Part shown: positions 11,961 through 26,910 of the stretch, in pieces
Numbering within the stretch: position 1 is the stretch's first letter
Layout of the letters: each line of letters opens with the position of its first letter
NCBI RefSeq assembly: GCF_006345805.1
Contig: NC_042997.1
Span: 21,328,001-21,392,000 of the forward strand
DNA length: 64,000 nt
Direction of reading: 5' to 3'
Source of the DNA: Octopus sinensis
Lineage: Eukaryota
Made by a program: the position numbers and the translations under genes
The notes under the pieces: model-generated
The model's input: only the letters and a program-made list of their open reading frames with translations
The model's database searches: none
Told to the model about the DNA's origin: nothing

Positions 11961-14900
11961 CGTTTTCCTCTTAAACTTTCTGATCTTGGATCAAAATTTT
12001 AAACAAAGATGGTGATGATTCAGATTATGATTAGGAGGGGAACGACGACGACGACGACGACGACGACAACGATAATGATGATGATGATAATAATGTGGTT
12101 TACCATACAACTTGTAGTCCGATAAAGCCTTTAAAAAAACAAAGCATTTAATATAATCGATGTTGATCTGCTCACAATATACATTATAAAGAATTCCAGA
12201 AATTATTTAAATCCTGTATATAACTATTCCCAACAAATCGAAAGTTGTTTTCGTAATATATTTGGAATTGCTTGGTATATTCCCGAAGAAGCTTTTATTT
12301 TGCTTTAAACAACTATAAAGGAAATCGTGTTTCAACAAAATATAAATGTCTAATTGCCTAGAATCTGATACCCTAATGAAACCACTTTTTTGAATACATT
12401 TCTGAAAACGTGATTGAAGGAAAAATCTATTCTTATTTGGCTTCCAGGCGTTATCATCTATAGTGCGTCGTGTGTAATTATAATGATCAAAATGTTGTTT
12501 TTGTAGTTGTTGTTGTTGTTGGTGGTGGCAGAGATGGTGGTGGAAGTGATAACGGTGATGATGGTGATTTCTTATACACTTAAGCACAAACAAAATAACA
12601 TACACACGCAAAAGAATACCATTAAAAACGACGAAGATACGCAACAAATATCACAAGAGGAAATGAATGGCGAAATATACTCTATCGAGGAAAACATTCA
12701 CTTAAACACTGCCATTTATCTAGTAATGGTTGGTCGACAGTCAACATTACCTTAAAAAGTCGAGTCGTTCGGAACGATTAAGTGAGCCAGCGAGTTGAGT
12801 TGTTAAGATAAAACACATTATTGGAAGAATAATCCACTTAACAGTGGATTATTTTATTCGAAATCAAAATCGATTATATTAATTAGATGTCCAAATCCGA
12901 GTAAAGGCACTATATTTACAAACAAAATGAAGCAACGCTTATACTGAGTTACACAAATACCAAATACTGACTTATTAAAACTCCCAATAGATAGTTGAAT
13001 AAAAACATTGGCAATTTAACGAACTGTATCTGACATCGTTATGTGGTGTGTAATGTAAAAACAAAATTAAACTTACTTGCTTTGGAATACTTATAATTTT
13101 GATCTTCGCTCTGGGATCAGCGTTTGAAGCAGATAATTACGTCTCCTGGTAATGGACGTAGGTCTCTAGAAGACTGTCGACAACGATATTTAATACAGGT
13201 CAGCCTTAACAAAGGAGATCAATGATAAAACAGCCTTTCTTCTGTTATCCAGAATGTTTTCCATTTTCTCTAAGACGGTATAGTGTGATTTTCTGTTTTC
13301 TAGCAGGTCGATTGACTGTATACAGATGCCCTCATGAGCTTATCTACATCGCAAGTAACCTACACACGTTATGCGCTACGTATGTAGCCAATAACTAAGG
13401 TGTTTCAGAATTAAGTCTCCTAATCGGAAACACATGGAAACCCCAGCACTAGATTTGAACTCACAATATTTGACCAGCTTATGTAATGCCTTATCTGCCA
13501 CAAGCAATTTAGAAAAAGTGTCTTGCATATGGAAAACCTACAAAAATTTATTACAAATGATTATTGTTAGGTAATCATTTGTGTTAATGTATGAGCGTGC
13601 TGGTCCGTTCTGGATTAGAAACATAGTTCTTTCTGCAGATGTTATACGCTGCAAAAAAAGTGTTGTTTAGCTTTGCTTGATACAAAATTTTTTTAATTGA
13701 TTACATGAAGAATAAAATTCTAGAATCCAAGGTAACCGATGATGGGATGCATCAGCAGAATTTAGTCAAACGGAGAGTTTTCTAGAATAGTTGGCTAAGT
13801 TCAGTCGCTTTTAGAACTGAAGTATATGAAATCTTGAGCTTTTGCTTTAATATTGTGGACGGTTCCTTTATATAGAACAAGAGATTAGTTCCTTAATCTA
13901 TTATATGGTATTGAAACCACCACCACTAATACAGTGTATGTGAAATCGTTAAGTGTGGTCAGTTCAATTAATTCGAAAATTTGGTATTTTTGAATTCAGA
14001 AGACCTAATGTTGCTACAGCTGTGATATTAATTAGATATTTAGTGACTGACGGTTCTGTTAAAAATCAATATTGGTATTTTGTATTGAATAGCAAAGCGA
14101 TTTCTCAGAACCACGCGAAGTATAATCATTAAATACTGTAATATAAAGATATATATAATGGTTTGTAAGCAAATTTCTTCAAATCAGGACGGATCGTGAA
14201 ACAAGTATCAAAGTCAGTCCAGGATATTTTTGATTAATTCATATATTAATTCTATGAAAATTAATATATAAATTATATATATAATAATTAAACACGGATA
14301 TCTCTAATGTGTAAAATATACAAAATAATTAGAACACAGACATGCAATTAATACAAAATGTTATATAACTACATTTATGCCTGGATATATAACAAAAACA
14401 CTTATGTGAACATCAAGAACGAAATATTTAAGCTCAAGCTAACATTTGTATCAAATCACAAAATCAAAACATAGTACAAAGATTCGACATATTTTTTTGG
14501 TCCTTAAGTTGGTTTTATAGACAGTATAATGAGAGCAATGTATAGTATATGTTTGTATATTTTTGTACATTCTTTTGAGTTTGTAACATCAGATACATCC
14601 AACAAATTTTATTTTGCTGCTTTTATTCTTTTCAGATAAATAAAATATATTCCATTGAAGTATGTGCCAAATATCAAGATCGACTCATTTTCCCATCTCA
14701 AACCTCAAGTGCTAATACACAAACATCTCATCACTTATCAGGAACATTCAACCGTTTCCTAATAACGACTACTCACAAGTTCACATACTAATCAACGCCC
14801 ATCCCTTACTTCTGAACTCTGTGACACTTCGAGTTAGCTGATCGATCGGTGTTAGTTCATTAGTTCTGTCCAACATTTTCCTATTCCTACTTGAACCTCT

Positions 14901-15022
14901 GCTTCACTTTGACGCTGTTCTAAAGTGAAGATTGCACTAACTCTTGTTTATTTCAACTCCTGTTTATTTCACTAAAGCATATCTCTTGATATGTGTAGTA
15001 AATATGCCGCATACATATTCGC

Positions 15023-15061
<39 letters not shown>

Positions 15062-15262
15062 CTTGTCCCCCCGCACCATCGCTTGACAACCGATGGTAGT
15101 GTGTTTACGTCCCCGTAACTTAGCGGTTCAGCAAAAGAGACTGATAGAATAAGTACTAGGCTTACAAAGAATAAGTCCTGGGATCGATTTCCTCGACTAA
15201 AGGAGGTGCTGCAGTATGGCCGCAGTCAAATGACCGAAAGAAGTAAAAGAGTAAAGAGAGAG
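15062..15262 (+). mobile_element. SINE, 3' half (family of 46849-47245)
   Basis: catcgcttgacaaccgat...ataagtactaggcttacaaagaataagtcctggg...cagtcaaatgac tail. Confidence 0.85.
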
Positions 15263-15269
15263 TATACAA

Positions 15270-15431
15270 CTTGCTTCTTTCAGATTCCCTCTACAAAATC
15301 CACTCACAAGGATTTGGTCGGCCCGAGGCTATAGTAAAAGACACTTGCCCAAGTTGACACACAGTGGAAGTGAACCCAGAACCATGTGGTTGGGAAGCAA
15401 GCTTCTTACCACACAGCCATTCCTACGCCTA
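15270..15431 (-). mobile_element. SINE, 5' half of the same family, inverted
   Basis: Reverse complement of the head ggctgtgtggtaag...gggttca...ttgggcaagtgtcttttactatagcctcgggccgacc. Confidence 0.85.
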
Positions 15432-17424
15432 GACATCTTGAAAAGTAGCCAACAAGGCCGCGAGAGAAGTTGGCATGAAGTTGCTCGTCAGGACTGGCCC
15501 ATTATTAAGCTCTCTCTATCTATCTATCTGTCTGTCTGTCTATCTCCTCAGCCTTTCTTACCGCTACTACAATGTTGTACCTAATTGTCTCTTCTCTGCT
15601 CAACGTTCATATTACAGCCATCTCACTAAAATCACCGACTCCTCTATTTCATTTCTCTGAAATTCTCTCTCTGTCTGTGATTTTTTTTCCTTTTTTCCTG
15701 CAGTCCTGAATTTGTAACTGTCCAAACCGAACGTTAACTGCATCGATCTCACCAGTTTTGGAAAGCCTGGGTATGCCATATCGGCAGTCTTGTGTTCAGG
15801 ACTAACCTAATAACGTACGAACGATAAATCTATGTAGACTTTTACTTCTTCGAAACAAAAAAAAACTGATGATATTTGTCGAAGTTATAAATCCTTATTC
15901 TGATAGAATATAATTACTAATCGTTATATTCTCCAAAACCTTTTTTCATCATTTTTTATTTAACGCATATGAATATATACTGGACACATTTTTACATTCT
16001 CTAAATGTTTGGAACTTACTCTCGGTTCAAAATTGGGATTCAGCTGTATTAAAAAAGTTAATATCTAAGTAAAAGTAAAGCAAAAGTACATCAATCGGTT
16101 CAAGTTCAATCCGCATGATAAAGAAAAATTGCCATTGCTGTATTTTTATGCTCTTTCTAGAAACATCTTTACATGAAGCAGATTTGTTAAAGCATGAATT
16201 ATATTAAAAAATTTCACACTCACATTTAGTTCCAATCACAAAGTCTTCTAACAAGAAAAGATGTATTTTTAACTTCAGAAATAAATATCTTAGCTTAATA
16301 TTATGCAGTTTGTATTTTTGAACCTGTTTAAGCAGCATAAACCACTACTTTTAAAATCAATCAATTGCATCTATTCTTAGAATTCAAAAATATTAGGTCC
16401 AAACCACTTACAAAATATCATTATTTCTACTATTACTTTAATTGTTTCTATCACTTTTTAGTACTTCAACAGGGCAGTGAGTCGGTAGAATTGTTAAAGA
16501 AATGCCTTCTGCTTTTCTCTTCGTTTTTGTTCTGTGTTCAAATCTAGTCAACGCTGACTTTTCCTTTCAACATTTCAATCAAGTACTGAGGTCGGTTAAT
16601 GACTTCACTCAAAATTACTGGCCTTCTGCCTAAATTAGAAAAATTATTATAACTACAGTTTTCATATCAAACACATATTTTTCATTGATCTCCGATTTAA
16701 GAATCGATTCATTACGACTATGATACTCTGTCGTGCATTCAATTTTACAAGCTTTTTCTAGGCAGAATAATGCAGCTCCTTGTGCCTCGATACATGAAAT
16801 TATTTTTGTGTTTTTCTTACTTATTGAGACTACATAATATGTGTGAAAAGGTAAGTGGTGATATCCTTTCATGTGAATGAGTATAAATCATGGCACTTCG
16901 ATAATATATTTCTTCGTATATGTTGTCACTATTCCGAGAGTACTTGTTATGGAATTTGTTTCTTTTTTCGTTCCACATTTTCTAGATATCTCTGTTTTGT
17001 TTCTAGTTTTAGATAGTTTTGTATTTATATTTGAGATACTGTTTTACCCTTTTCAGTTCACATATAGGTTATAAAAGTTTCTTTCGCTGATGGATGATTT
17101 ACCTTACCTTATTCTCCATGTTTGCGTAAAAATATATATCCCAGAGAATGTTCATTTTTAAAAATCTACTGCATCATTTTTGTTAACGTTACAGAATACT
17201 ACTATAGTGTCCATTGTAAAAATATCTAATTCTGAAATGGGACTGGTCATTCAACAATATGGTAGATTGTTTATTTACAGACTACATATTCCAAAGTTAG
17301 TCTTGTATTCTATCTTCTATATTGTATTGGTAGCTTTTTTCTGATTTTTGTCTTGTCTACCGATCAAATGTTTTCATTTAAGTTTTATCCTGCATTTGTT
17401 AAATACTGTTATGTTAAATTTATA

Positions 17425-17900
17425 TGGTACCGGACCAAATATCCGGGATGCTTGAGACCAGAAGTGGTCCTGATTTCGGGGTTTTCTGGCTTTCTGGAGA
17501 GGGCCTAAATACATAACATAAACTTTGGAAAGTTAAGAATTATATAATATATATCAACAGGTAAAAATTAATTCATTCCTAAAGTAGAGCTTCGTTGATA
17601 TTATTAATCGATCTACAACATTATAAATATAATACACTGAACTACCTATACAGTGTAATGTTTTCTATGGTGAAAATTAAACGAGGTAAAGAAAATCATT
17701 TTATTAGACAGTTGCAGGTACAAATTAATGCGCTTCAAAAGCAGAGTATTTTTGATCTTCATCAATCCACATAAAAACATAAAGAACAAGGCTATCTGTA
17801 GCACAAATTAACTAACTTCAAGGCTGTGCTTCCTCAACGCAAGGATACGGTATATTGTACGATACTGCACAGTATTTCCGGATTTCTGAACATTCTATAT
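17425..17900. mobile_element. Possible decayed Tigger-like MITE
   Basis: ccggaccaaatatccgggatgcttgagaccagaagtggtcc resembles Tigger-type subterminal sequence from memory; degenerate ttccggatttc echo near 17875. Confidence 0.25.
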
Positions 17901-17959
17901 TTCAGATATTTTAAGATATTTTGCTTTCAGTGTTTGCTTTCACTTTGTTCTGTAGTGGC

Positions 17960-18355
17960 GTTTTGGGAGCTTTCTTCTCTTGAAAAACGCCACCGCCGTA
18001 GTGATCTCATTCTCGCCCAAAACATCATAAGCGGAAAGTGTAACCTCTCGATAGAGCTGTTCTTCACTCCTGCTCCAGAGCGTCGGCTGCGGGGTCATTC
18101 CGAAAAGCTCTACCTGCGACGATTTCATCTCAATCGAAGGAGAGGAGCTTTCTCCGTCCGGGTTGCGGATCTGTGGAACAAGCTGCCAGACGAGATGGTA
18201 AAGATGCTGACGACCGCTTTGTTCAAAGCCTCCCTGGACCTCAAGTGGCCTGAACTCTTTACATGAACACCACCCTGTACATAACTCCATGTCCCCCTAC
18301 ATGGCCTTGCTATCTGCTTTTGAGCCAAATTAACTAACTAACTAACTAACTAACG
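17960..18355 (+). mobile_element. 5'-truncated CR1-type LINE 3' end
   Basis: SLEKRHRRSDLI...RLRGHSEKL...RRGAFSVRVADLWNKLP...FKASLD is a typical CR1 ORF2 C-terminus; short 3' UTR ends in a (TAAC)n tail. Confidence 0.88.
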
Positions 18356-18754
18356 TCGTAGTCAACTGAGATTTTAGTTTTTAATTTTCTGTATTTTTGT
18401 TTCAGTTAGTTCAGCTATGTTTTACATTACTTAGTTTCCTTGGCGAGAAACAAAACAGTTTAGTTTATATTTAAATAAGTATCTTTATGGCTCTACACTA
18501 AATAATTATATAATCGGATCCTCGATGCAGAATACCTCTGCCGGCTTGTGGCTGGTACATTGAGAATTCAATCATTGTCTTTCTTATCTTCACGCCTAAA
18601 GACGTGTCTTGCTGAGAATATTATCACAAAAACTTGTGTTAATATAACTGCAGTGTTCATATCTCTATATATTTCTCCAGTTAAAGTATTAATTTATTAT
18701 GAATATTATATTCTTTAATAACATTTTTATATAAGTGGGTATTGTATTTGTTTA

Positions 18755-18870
18755 ATTACCTTCATCCTCTCGGAGTCAATAAAATAAGTACCAGTTGAGC
18801 ACAGGGGGCGATGTATTTGACTTACTCTTTCCTCAGTATTGCTGGCTTTGTATCAAAATTTGAAATCAAT
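18755..18870 (+). mobile_element. Decayed Nin-like SINE fragment
   Basis: ttcatcctctcggagtcaataaaataagtaccagttgagcac. Confidence 0.5.
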
Positions 18871-21469
18871 ATTATATTGTTATCTTATAAATTTCATAAA
18901 TTTTCTCTACACGGTTGCCGTGTCGTTGCACACTTTAACCTGAACACCTGTTCAATTCGTGCACTAAATCCGTGTACAGAGTGTAGTAATACTTCTTAGA
19001 ATCGTGCAACTTTAGCTAATGCATAAACCAGATTGTCCTTTCACAGCATTTGTATCTAAATCATTCTACTTTAGCATCTTAGTTGAAGGTGCTTGCGCTT
19101 AGCAGAGAATAAGTAGATGAGGAAGGGAATCCACTAGGAACATTCCTCTTATACTAAGTTTTTTCCCATCTCTCTTTCATTTGAAGCTACAAAATGTATT
19201 TTCATTTATTCATATCACGTTCCTCGTACCTATTTCATATGAGCGTTTCTTACGCACACCTAATATGTTTAGCAATTACGAATATTGAACGCAGTAACAA
19301 GCCTCGTGGTACCTAATCCATGTCACGCTCCGACGATTGTTTTCACTCATACCATTTTCGTTTATGAATTTCTAGATTAGTAACTGATCTTTTCTTCAAT
19401 TTAGATCTATTCAACCTCACTATCGTCTTTTTTTCGAGTGTGTATTTATACTTTACAAAATATTCCCTTTTAAGTTTATTTTTATATATTGTAGGCAAAC
19501 ATGTTATGAGGAATTTATAGTTTGAAGAAAATATGTAGTTTTGGCCAGTCTTTAGAATTACAATGTTTTTCCCACAGTGACTTACCTAGGATATCTTTCT
19601 GGCTTTTTCAGTATACGATGAAATGATTTTGCAGGCACTATGTTAATGAAGTATGCTATTTCTTAGTTCCTTTCCAATTGCTCATATTATTACAATACAC
19701 CTGTTCTACTTCACTTGTTTATTGGGAGTAATACCTTTTATTTTAAAGATTTTTGCCTGTAGTTGTCAATAAAATGTCCTCATTTTCTTTCCTTAAGGTG
19801 CTGGTGCTACATGGCTTTCTGTTTCTCAGCGAAATATTTTCGTGTTGATATCAAACTGCATATTTTGTTTCAATAAGTTACGGCGCTCTTTCCCTTCAAA
19901 ATTTAGCAATGATATCTGATTATCTGAAGTGCTATTGATATTCAAATATTAAATTTTTGCTGATATATTTTCAAAGTATTTGTACTTCTTTCAGGAGCTT
20001 TTTCCTTTGTATATTTTAGTTGTTAATTTTATTGAGGTTTGAGATATATCATTTTCTATTTTTATCAGCATAAATATTTTCTGTGTTCGTTTGTGTATAG
20101 AAGTTCCTAAAAAAGAAATGTTGAGGAAGGACCAAGTTTCATTTGTAACTACTATGATTGTTGCATAAATTAGTTAATTTATCTTGACAATATTCATGTT
20201 CGCATTTATTTTTAAGCATACCTCTGAGGTCAAGTTTGCGTGTTTTATAACCGTTATTTCTTCAATGCAAAGATTTCATTTTGGGATGGTTTTTCATTGG
20301 TCCGTAGGAATAGCTTCTATTTATTTTAACTTCTTTAACTTCTCAATCTTTTCAGTATTGCCTTATTCAATAAGTTCCAGTTTTAGCTCTTCACTTAGAG
20401 ATCTTATATTCTTGTGTTCATATTTTTATTGACGTATTTTGGGTTCGGCTCTTGTTGTTCTATATTCTAGTTATGTTATAGATTTTTGTATTGTATTGTT
20501 TTGTTTTATTTTGTTTATTTCCTGTGTGCAAGATTTATCTTCGTGATTTAAATTTCTATGTTTAGAGCTTGAATGTTTTCTTCGTTTCTTTCATTGTTAT
20601 TGTGTATTTTCTTTTTTTATTACTGTTCTAGTTCAAATTCTGATATTTATTTTTTTTAAAGAATGTATATTCTTAACTTACCTAGTCTGTAGTAGTCTAG
20701 AGTTAAAAGTTGCTTTTCTAACAGGTTTACTCTGTCTTCAGATATTATACACATAATTGTTGTAGTTTCTTTAAGGGAAGATGTAGCTGTAAATTATTCA
20801 TGTACTATAGAGTTATGTTCCTCCTGTGTCCTTTAATGAAGTTTGTATTTGTGAGACGTGAGGAGTAAAGCTTTGTTCATTATTCATATTGTCATCATTT
20901 TTCATTGTGCAGCAGTTAACTTGTTTGTTGGTGATGCGAAACTTTTCACACTATATCAAGGGTTGTCAACAACTTTTTACCTGTGGATCCCTTTGATTAG
21001 TATTTTATTCTGGTAGACCCCATAGCCATTCGATGTTTAAAAACTAATTTTATAGAAACTTCTTTCAAAAGTCCTATATTGTTTTTCATACATTAACTTG
21101 TGTAGGTTGAACAATGTAAAATGTTAGAGAAAGAAACCTAGCTGTTTCTTGCAATACATACGCATGCATACATCTAAAGCAACTTTTTTTTGTTGATCCC
21201 GATTTACTATTTCTTGTGTGGGTACTCCAAAATTTTGTATGGATTTGTAAGGGTCATATGCACCCCGGCTGAGAACCACTGCACTATATCGTAGCTGTTA
21301 TGAATAAAATTCAAAGCATGCTTTGCACTTCATTTTGGAACAAAAGATAGAATTTACCATTATTTGTTTTGAATTGAATTTGTCTGGAGTTCGAGTTTAC
21401 GCGTTCTATCAGTGTGTTTACACGTGTTGACATTAAAGATGCTTAAATTATGTTAAAGAAAATAACATC

Positions 21470-21850
21470 TATGCATCCATCTTCTGCGCTCGGTATTTTC
21501 GGAAGTGGGGACGTGGGGGTAGAAATCTTAAGTGCTTCCTCCATAGGGTCCTATCAGAAGCAACCGTCATTACACTTTTCGGTTGGTTCCCAAAACGTGA
21601 CCATTTCAGACTATGGATATTATTCAATCCTCTCGGGCTTGGTCTACGACCTGTTGGTTCAGCTTCAAGAATCCGTCATGCGATTATTTCCTGCAATATT
21701 CTAATAACGTCTCCATAATACTGAAGCTGTGATCTCTCAATGCCGCGAAGTAGCGGTTCAGTCGCATCTCGGAGTTACCGGCTATCTCGAGTAACGGTAA
21801 TCCAGAGTTCCTCCGGAGGAACCCTGTCTCGGTCGCTTATATTCCCGATT
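21470..21850 (-). mobile_element. RTE-clade LINE 3' fragment
   Basis: Minus translation IERSQLQYYGDVIRI...RILEAEPTGRRP...VASDRTLWRKHL resembles the RTE C-terminus (LRWxGHVxRM...GxRPRGRP...DRxxWR). Confidence 0.72.
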
Positions 21851-22899
21851 GTAGTCTTTCAATTATTATCCAACGTTCAATGATAGGTAGGCAAACTCAA
21901 CTGAAATATATTACTTACTCGAGTATCCTTCGCAGTGGGAAGAAAATAAGCTGCGAAGCATTAAATAATAAATGATATGTTAATAAATGGAGAAAATACT
22001 ACAGAATTTCAAATCATACATTATAATAAAGGCTGTTATTAATTTTGTACCGCGTTATGTTCCGTAACGAAACTGTTCGGCAATGAAATTGCTAAATATG
22101 AGCCAGGTAGAAATAAGAATAGGGTCGATATAACCAATTATACTTTTTAAAGCGATGCCCTTGCATAGCTTCAATCCAATGACTGACACCCGTAAAAGAA
22201 TAAAAGATTACATTACACGCGCATGCATATACACATACACACACATACACACATGTATACACGCATACAGGCACACTCATATGTACTGACAAATATATAC
22301 ACATGCATATATGTGTGCGCATGTAGGCATGCAATTTATTGATATCTGAAATGATTGCATTAGAAACAAAATGTATTCATGGTGTTTCTCTCTAACATTA
22401 TTAGTGATAGCTAGAAGCAAATGTCAATAGCCAATGCGAAGGTTAGATAATTTTATCATTGAAATACAGACGGACGTTTCAAATTTATTTCAATCAGAAA
22501 ATGAAAGTTATGAGTGAGGTGTGCTTGGAATATGGTATATATTTGTCATGTTGCGTTGACTTTCTAAGAAGCAGAATTTAATGTATACCTGTCACATTTA
22601 CGATCAAGTTTTAACTTGAAACGAGGAAATATTTTTCGACAAAATATTTTTCGACATCTCAATTTTGTTCATTATAGATCAAGAAAATGTTGAAATACGT
22701 ACATACATACATACACACGCACACGCATGCACACAAATGCATATATACATACACGCATACACACATACATACAGATATATACACACGCATACGTACATAC
22801 ACATACATACATATATACACACATATATACATACAAACGCACGTACACAAGCACACGTACATACATACATTCATACACTGAAGTCCATCTCTTGACCAC

Positions 22900-23540
22900 G
22901 TTTCCATACATGAGGCTGATAACATCATAAGGCATTGAGGACAACTTCTTGAGCAACATACTTTGTCTGATAACCTAGAATACGTGCCCAAAGAAGTCGC
23001 ACGACTCTACAGCAACGTACCATCAGATAAAATGATGAGCCTATATGAGCAGAAGACTATGAATGGATGTGTTAGTAGAAAGCTCCGAGATGATAGTAAC
23101 ATCGATCATCAAAGTAATTTATCATGGACCAATAGCAGAATTACTACCACCCACTTTGATGAGTACGCGTTTGCAATCCAGGAACAAGGAATATCAACCA
23201 AGTACCTGATGCACAAAAGGAATAGAGATGCAGGAAAAGTAGTAAAATGTGACAACCGATGCAGACTTTGTGGAGTTAACACCGAAGATATCACCAACAT
23301 CATAAGCAGTTGTCTGAAAATATCATCACAGTATTATTTAACAATAAGACATGATGTTCTACCTAGGACACTATAATAAAATCCGTCGGAAGGATAACCC
23401 CGAAGACAAAGAAATAAGAACCCACAGTATCGCGGAAGCCATAGCAACTCATGATAAAAAGTAGTACTGGTGGAATGTTCCAGTGAAGACCTTAATAAAA
23501 TGTAAGCACAGCAGACCTGATATAATGATTTGGGATAGAG
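22900..23540 (+). mobile_element. R4/Dong-clade non-LTR element, C-terminal fragment
   Basis: FAIQEQ, zinc knuckle CRLC...EDITNIISSC, RHD, then after a frameshift HSRPDIMIWD (PD-(D/E)XK restriction-like endonuclease). Confidence 0.85.
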
Positions 23541-26500
23541 AAGAGACTAGGTTGTCTATGACGAACTATTTAATGTGGTTTATTTCAGTTTGGAAATAAT
23601 CTGATAAACCACGCTAAGTAAGATTATCCCATTACTTGATGAACTGCTGCAAATGAATTAAGAATCGTGAATTTTTTTGTCTCATATATCACCCAATAGT
23701 ATTCATGTAAATCTCACTGATCGGTTAACTAAGTTCCAGATTGCTTAGAGGCAGAAGGTTTGAAAGAGTTAAATGGAAATGAATTATTTTGGTTTGCTAG
23801 CATTTCAACTATTTTATGAGGGCAGATGTTGAAAAGAAATTGCCGAGTCTAGTCTTGCAGCTAGTCGAATTTTTTTTATAGAGTTGGTGAAAGTGTAAAA
23901 GATGCAGATAGGTGAAAATCTTTCTTTATGGTTCAAAAAGAGGACAAAGTGTAGCGCTGAAGAAATTTATACAGAACTTCTGTGATTGATGGAGCAAAAT
24001 GAATTGCAACGTGTAAAAAGCAACACATCAAGAAATTATGCTACCTTCAGACTGGTCTCCAAGTCTGTAACATTACAACAGGAACCGAGGAATCAGTGAT
24101 GGTGTTAAAACCATTAACTAATGCAAACGATTTAAAATGACAAACATTTTAGTCGCTACGAACGTGCAGAAAGAAACGGGAGAATTTTGTGCGCATTGAA
24201 ATCACCATGAACGATAGATTCACCAATACATACAAGGAATCTTCTGTCTCGAGAATCCATTGTTTTTATTGAATTATCTTTCGTCTTATATGTCAAAGAA
24301 TTTGGAAAGTGAAAAAGACAAAAGTTACACATAGACTCATGAAGAAGGGAAACTCCCAACAAAGTAAATGATGATACTTGCTTTAAAAGAAATGAATGAC
24401 AAGGGAAATGTAATCTCCATCAGTGTACACACTCTACTTATAAGATAAATTGAACTCTAGTACGTAACCTGATCAGCACAGATGTGCTATTAATAACGTC
24501 CAAATGTACGGGTTATAAGATTCAGAATTCACAAGCATTTTTTGTATATAAGAATGGGCTGGGAGAAGGTTTGTCTTACCCTATGTCCGTGTATCTTACC
24601 CTGTGATAATGTTTTTGGAAATACGGGTATAATGACCGCTCATTTGAAATTAAAAGTGATGGTAATTTAATGAAAGGTATTTTATATCCATTAGAATGTT
24701 AAATATTCTTATTCACAGCAGGTTAATTTTATGCATTTTACACAGAAAGAGACTAATCGAACCATAGTTTTAAAATATTATAATCAATTACCTTGGTTGT
24801 TGAGCCATCAAAATTATTAAACCCAGGGTCATGTTATCTTTATCTCAGGTACAGTGTATCTACGACTACATGAAATGTCATCTTTTTGTGCAACATGATG
24901 TTATGATAAGAGAAGAATTTGCTTGCTACTTCTAGCAGGTGAAACCACCATGTAGAGATTAAGCCATTGGTTCATTAATATTATGACCAGTAATTTCATT
25001 AGGAACGACCTTTGATATTGTACATTTATTTCAATGTTCATATTTAAAACAAATGCTTTGAATTTATTTTTATTTACACGATGTTCTTTGTGAACATTTC
25101 GTAAATATTTAAAAAGTATAATTAAAATGAAACAAAATATCTATACATTGTATTCTATTAGAATAATAATAGGAAACCAGTCAGTAAAATGTCCGGCGTT
25201 TGATCAAAATTAATACCGCTGAATTAAATCTAAAATTTATTGCTCTCTTTAATATGCTAATCGTAAACTCAGATATGGTAATCCATACTAAAAATTGTCC
25301 ATTTTATTCCTAAAAAGCCACTGTTGCCTTGCTTTTGATACTTGTTGCTTTCAACACAATAAAACTACTTCTGTAAATCTTTATTCTGAACAACAAGCTA
25401 CATTCGTTCGCCTACCATCTTACGTTAGTATTCAATACAGTTTTTAATCAATCCTTCACTGTCCAGTGACGAGCTGATAGAGTTCATAAATTATTCAAAG
25501 AAATTGCACACAAGTCAACTTACGAAACAACGCAATTATTTTTATTTTCCATTAAAGTTACCTTATTTGCATAAAAACAAAATAGTGAATTATCTGCGGC
25601 TACTTTATTCGAACCGTCAGCATGAAGTGCATTTCGTGGTGGAGTGGTTTTACTGATTAATTGCAAGCGCCACATAGTCAATCTCTGCTGCTAAATATGT
25701 CATTGAGTTAGTGACATTTATTACACAAGTGACAAAGTTTCACTATCATTTCAAGCAACAGTTTGTACCCGAACAGAACAAGAGCTGACAAGGGGAAAAT
25801 TGCAAATCATCACTCAATCTACTCGAAAAGTCTGTTCAAGGAAAATGTTTCATGACCACACAAAGAGAATGGCACGAATACCTAATGAAGTTGGTGGGAT
25901 GGGATTTTAGCATGCTTTGACAATATTGACAGGTTTCCTGTACTTTTTATTTACATCTCCTGTTTGCAAATTATCCAATGATATAGGTTAATATCGATGT
26001 TATTCGGTGAGAATAAATTTATGCAAATTTTAACATTATTAAAGTGCAATTCTAACTAAATTTGTGCATCACCAACTCCTTATTTAAATTATCAGATATA
26101 ATCAGAACAACATCTTTTACGCTTTCATTTAAGCAGCTATGTTTTATAAAACATTCATATTGGTTTTGGTAACCTGCTAAAAGTTCTGTGTAAGTAAATT
26201 ATTGTTCTAATAATCCTAGGAGTCTCTGATTTCTTAAAACAGATTTATCTTCATTGATTCCGAGGGGGAAAGAGCGATATTTGTTTTTGATTTGAGTGGG
26301 AGTGCTATATTCATTTATTTATATTTGAAAGTAGGGATTTTGCGTGTGTTACATTGGAGAACGTGTATGTCTGAGCATACATGTTCATGGCCTAGTAAAG
26401 ATGTCACATTTTGCGATTAGAAAAAAATATTACTTTGGCGAGTTCAATTTCTTAATTAGTTGAATAGTGCACGATTGCATTATTGGTATGACAATTGAAC

Positions 26501-26727
26501 AACAGTTTGTTTGCAGAAATAAGGTAACTGGTATCTGAGATTCCAATCAATGTAAATCATGATAGAGGGTTAGTAAATGTATTTTTTGGAGATTGTGACA
26601 ACGTCAGTGTTCTTTAATAGAATTTTTAAATTTCGTTAGTAAATTACTTAATTTTTATGTGGTTCTTTGAGGTAGAGAGAGCGAAAATTAGTGTTTACTA
26701 GCATATGAATAAACAGAGAGAAAATAT

Positions 26728-26779
26728 ATTAGATAGTTAGATAGATAGATAGATATATAGATAGATAGATAGATAGATG

Positions 26780-26833
<54 letters not shown>

Positions 26834-26876
26834 AAGAAAGAAAGAAAAAAGAAAGAAATAAAGATACATACATACA

Positions 26877-26910
<34 letters not shown>
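26728..26910. repeat. (GATA)n/(GAAA)n/(CATA)n microsatellite
   Basis: Direct reading. Confidence 0.95.

Noticed and set aside
19500-20900. Ancient LINE relic suggested by strand-biased composition
   Set aside because: No motif could be read reliably; too degenerate to support.
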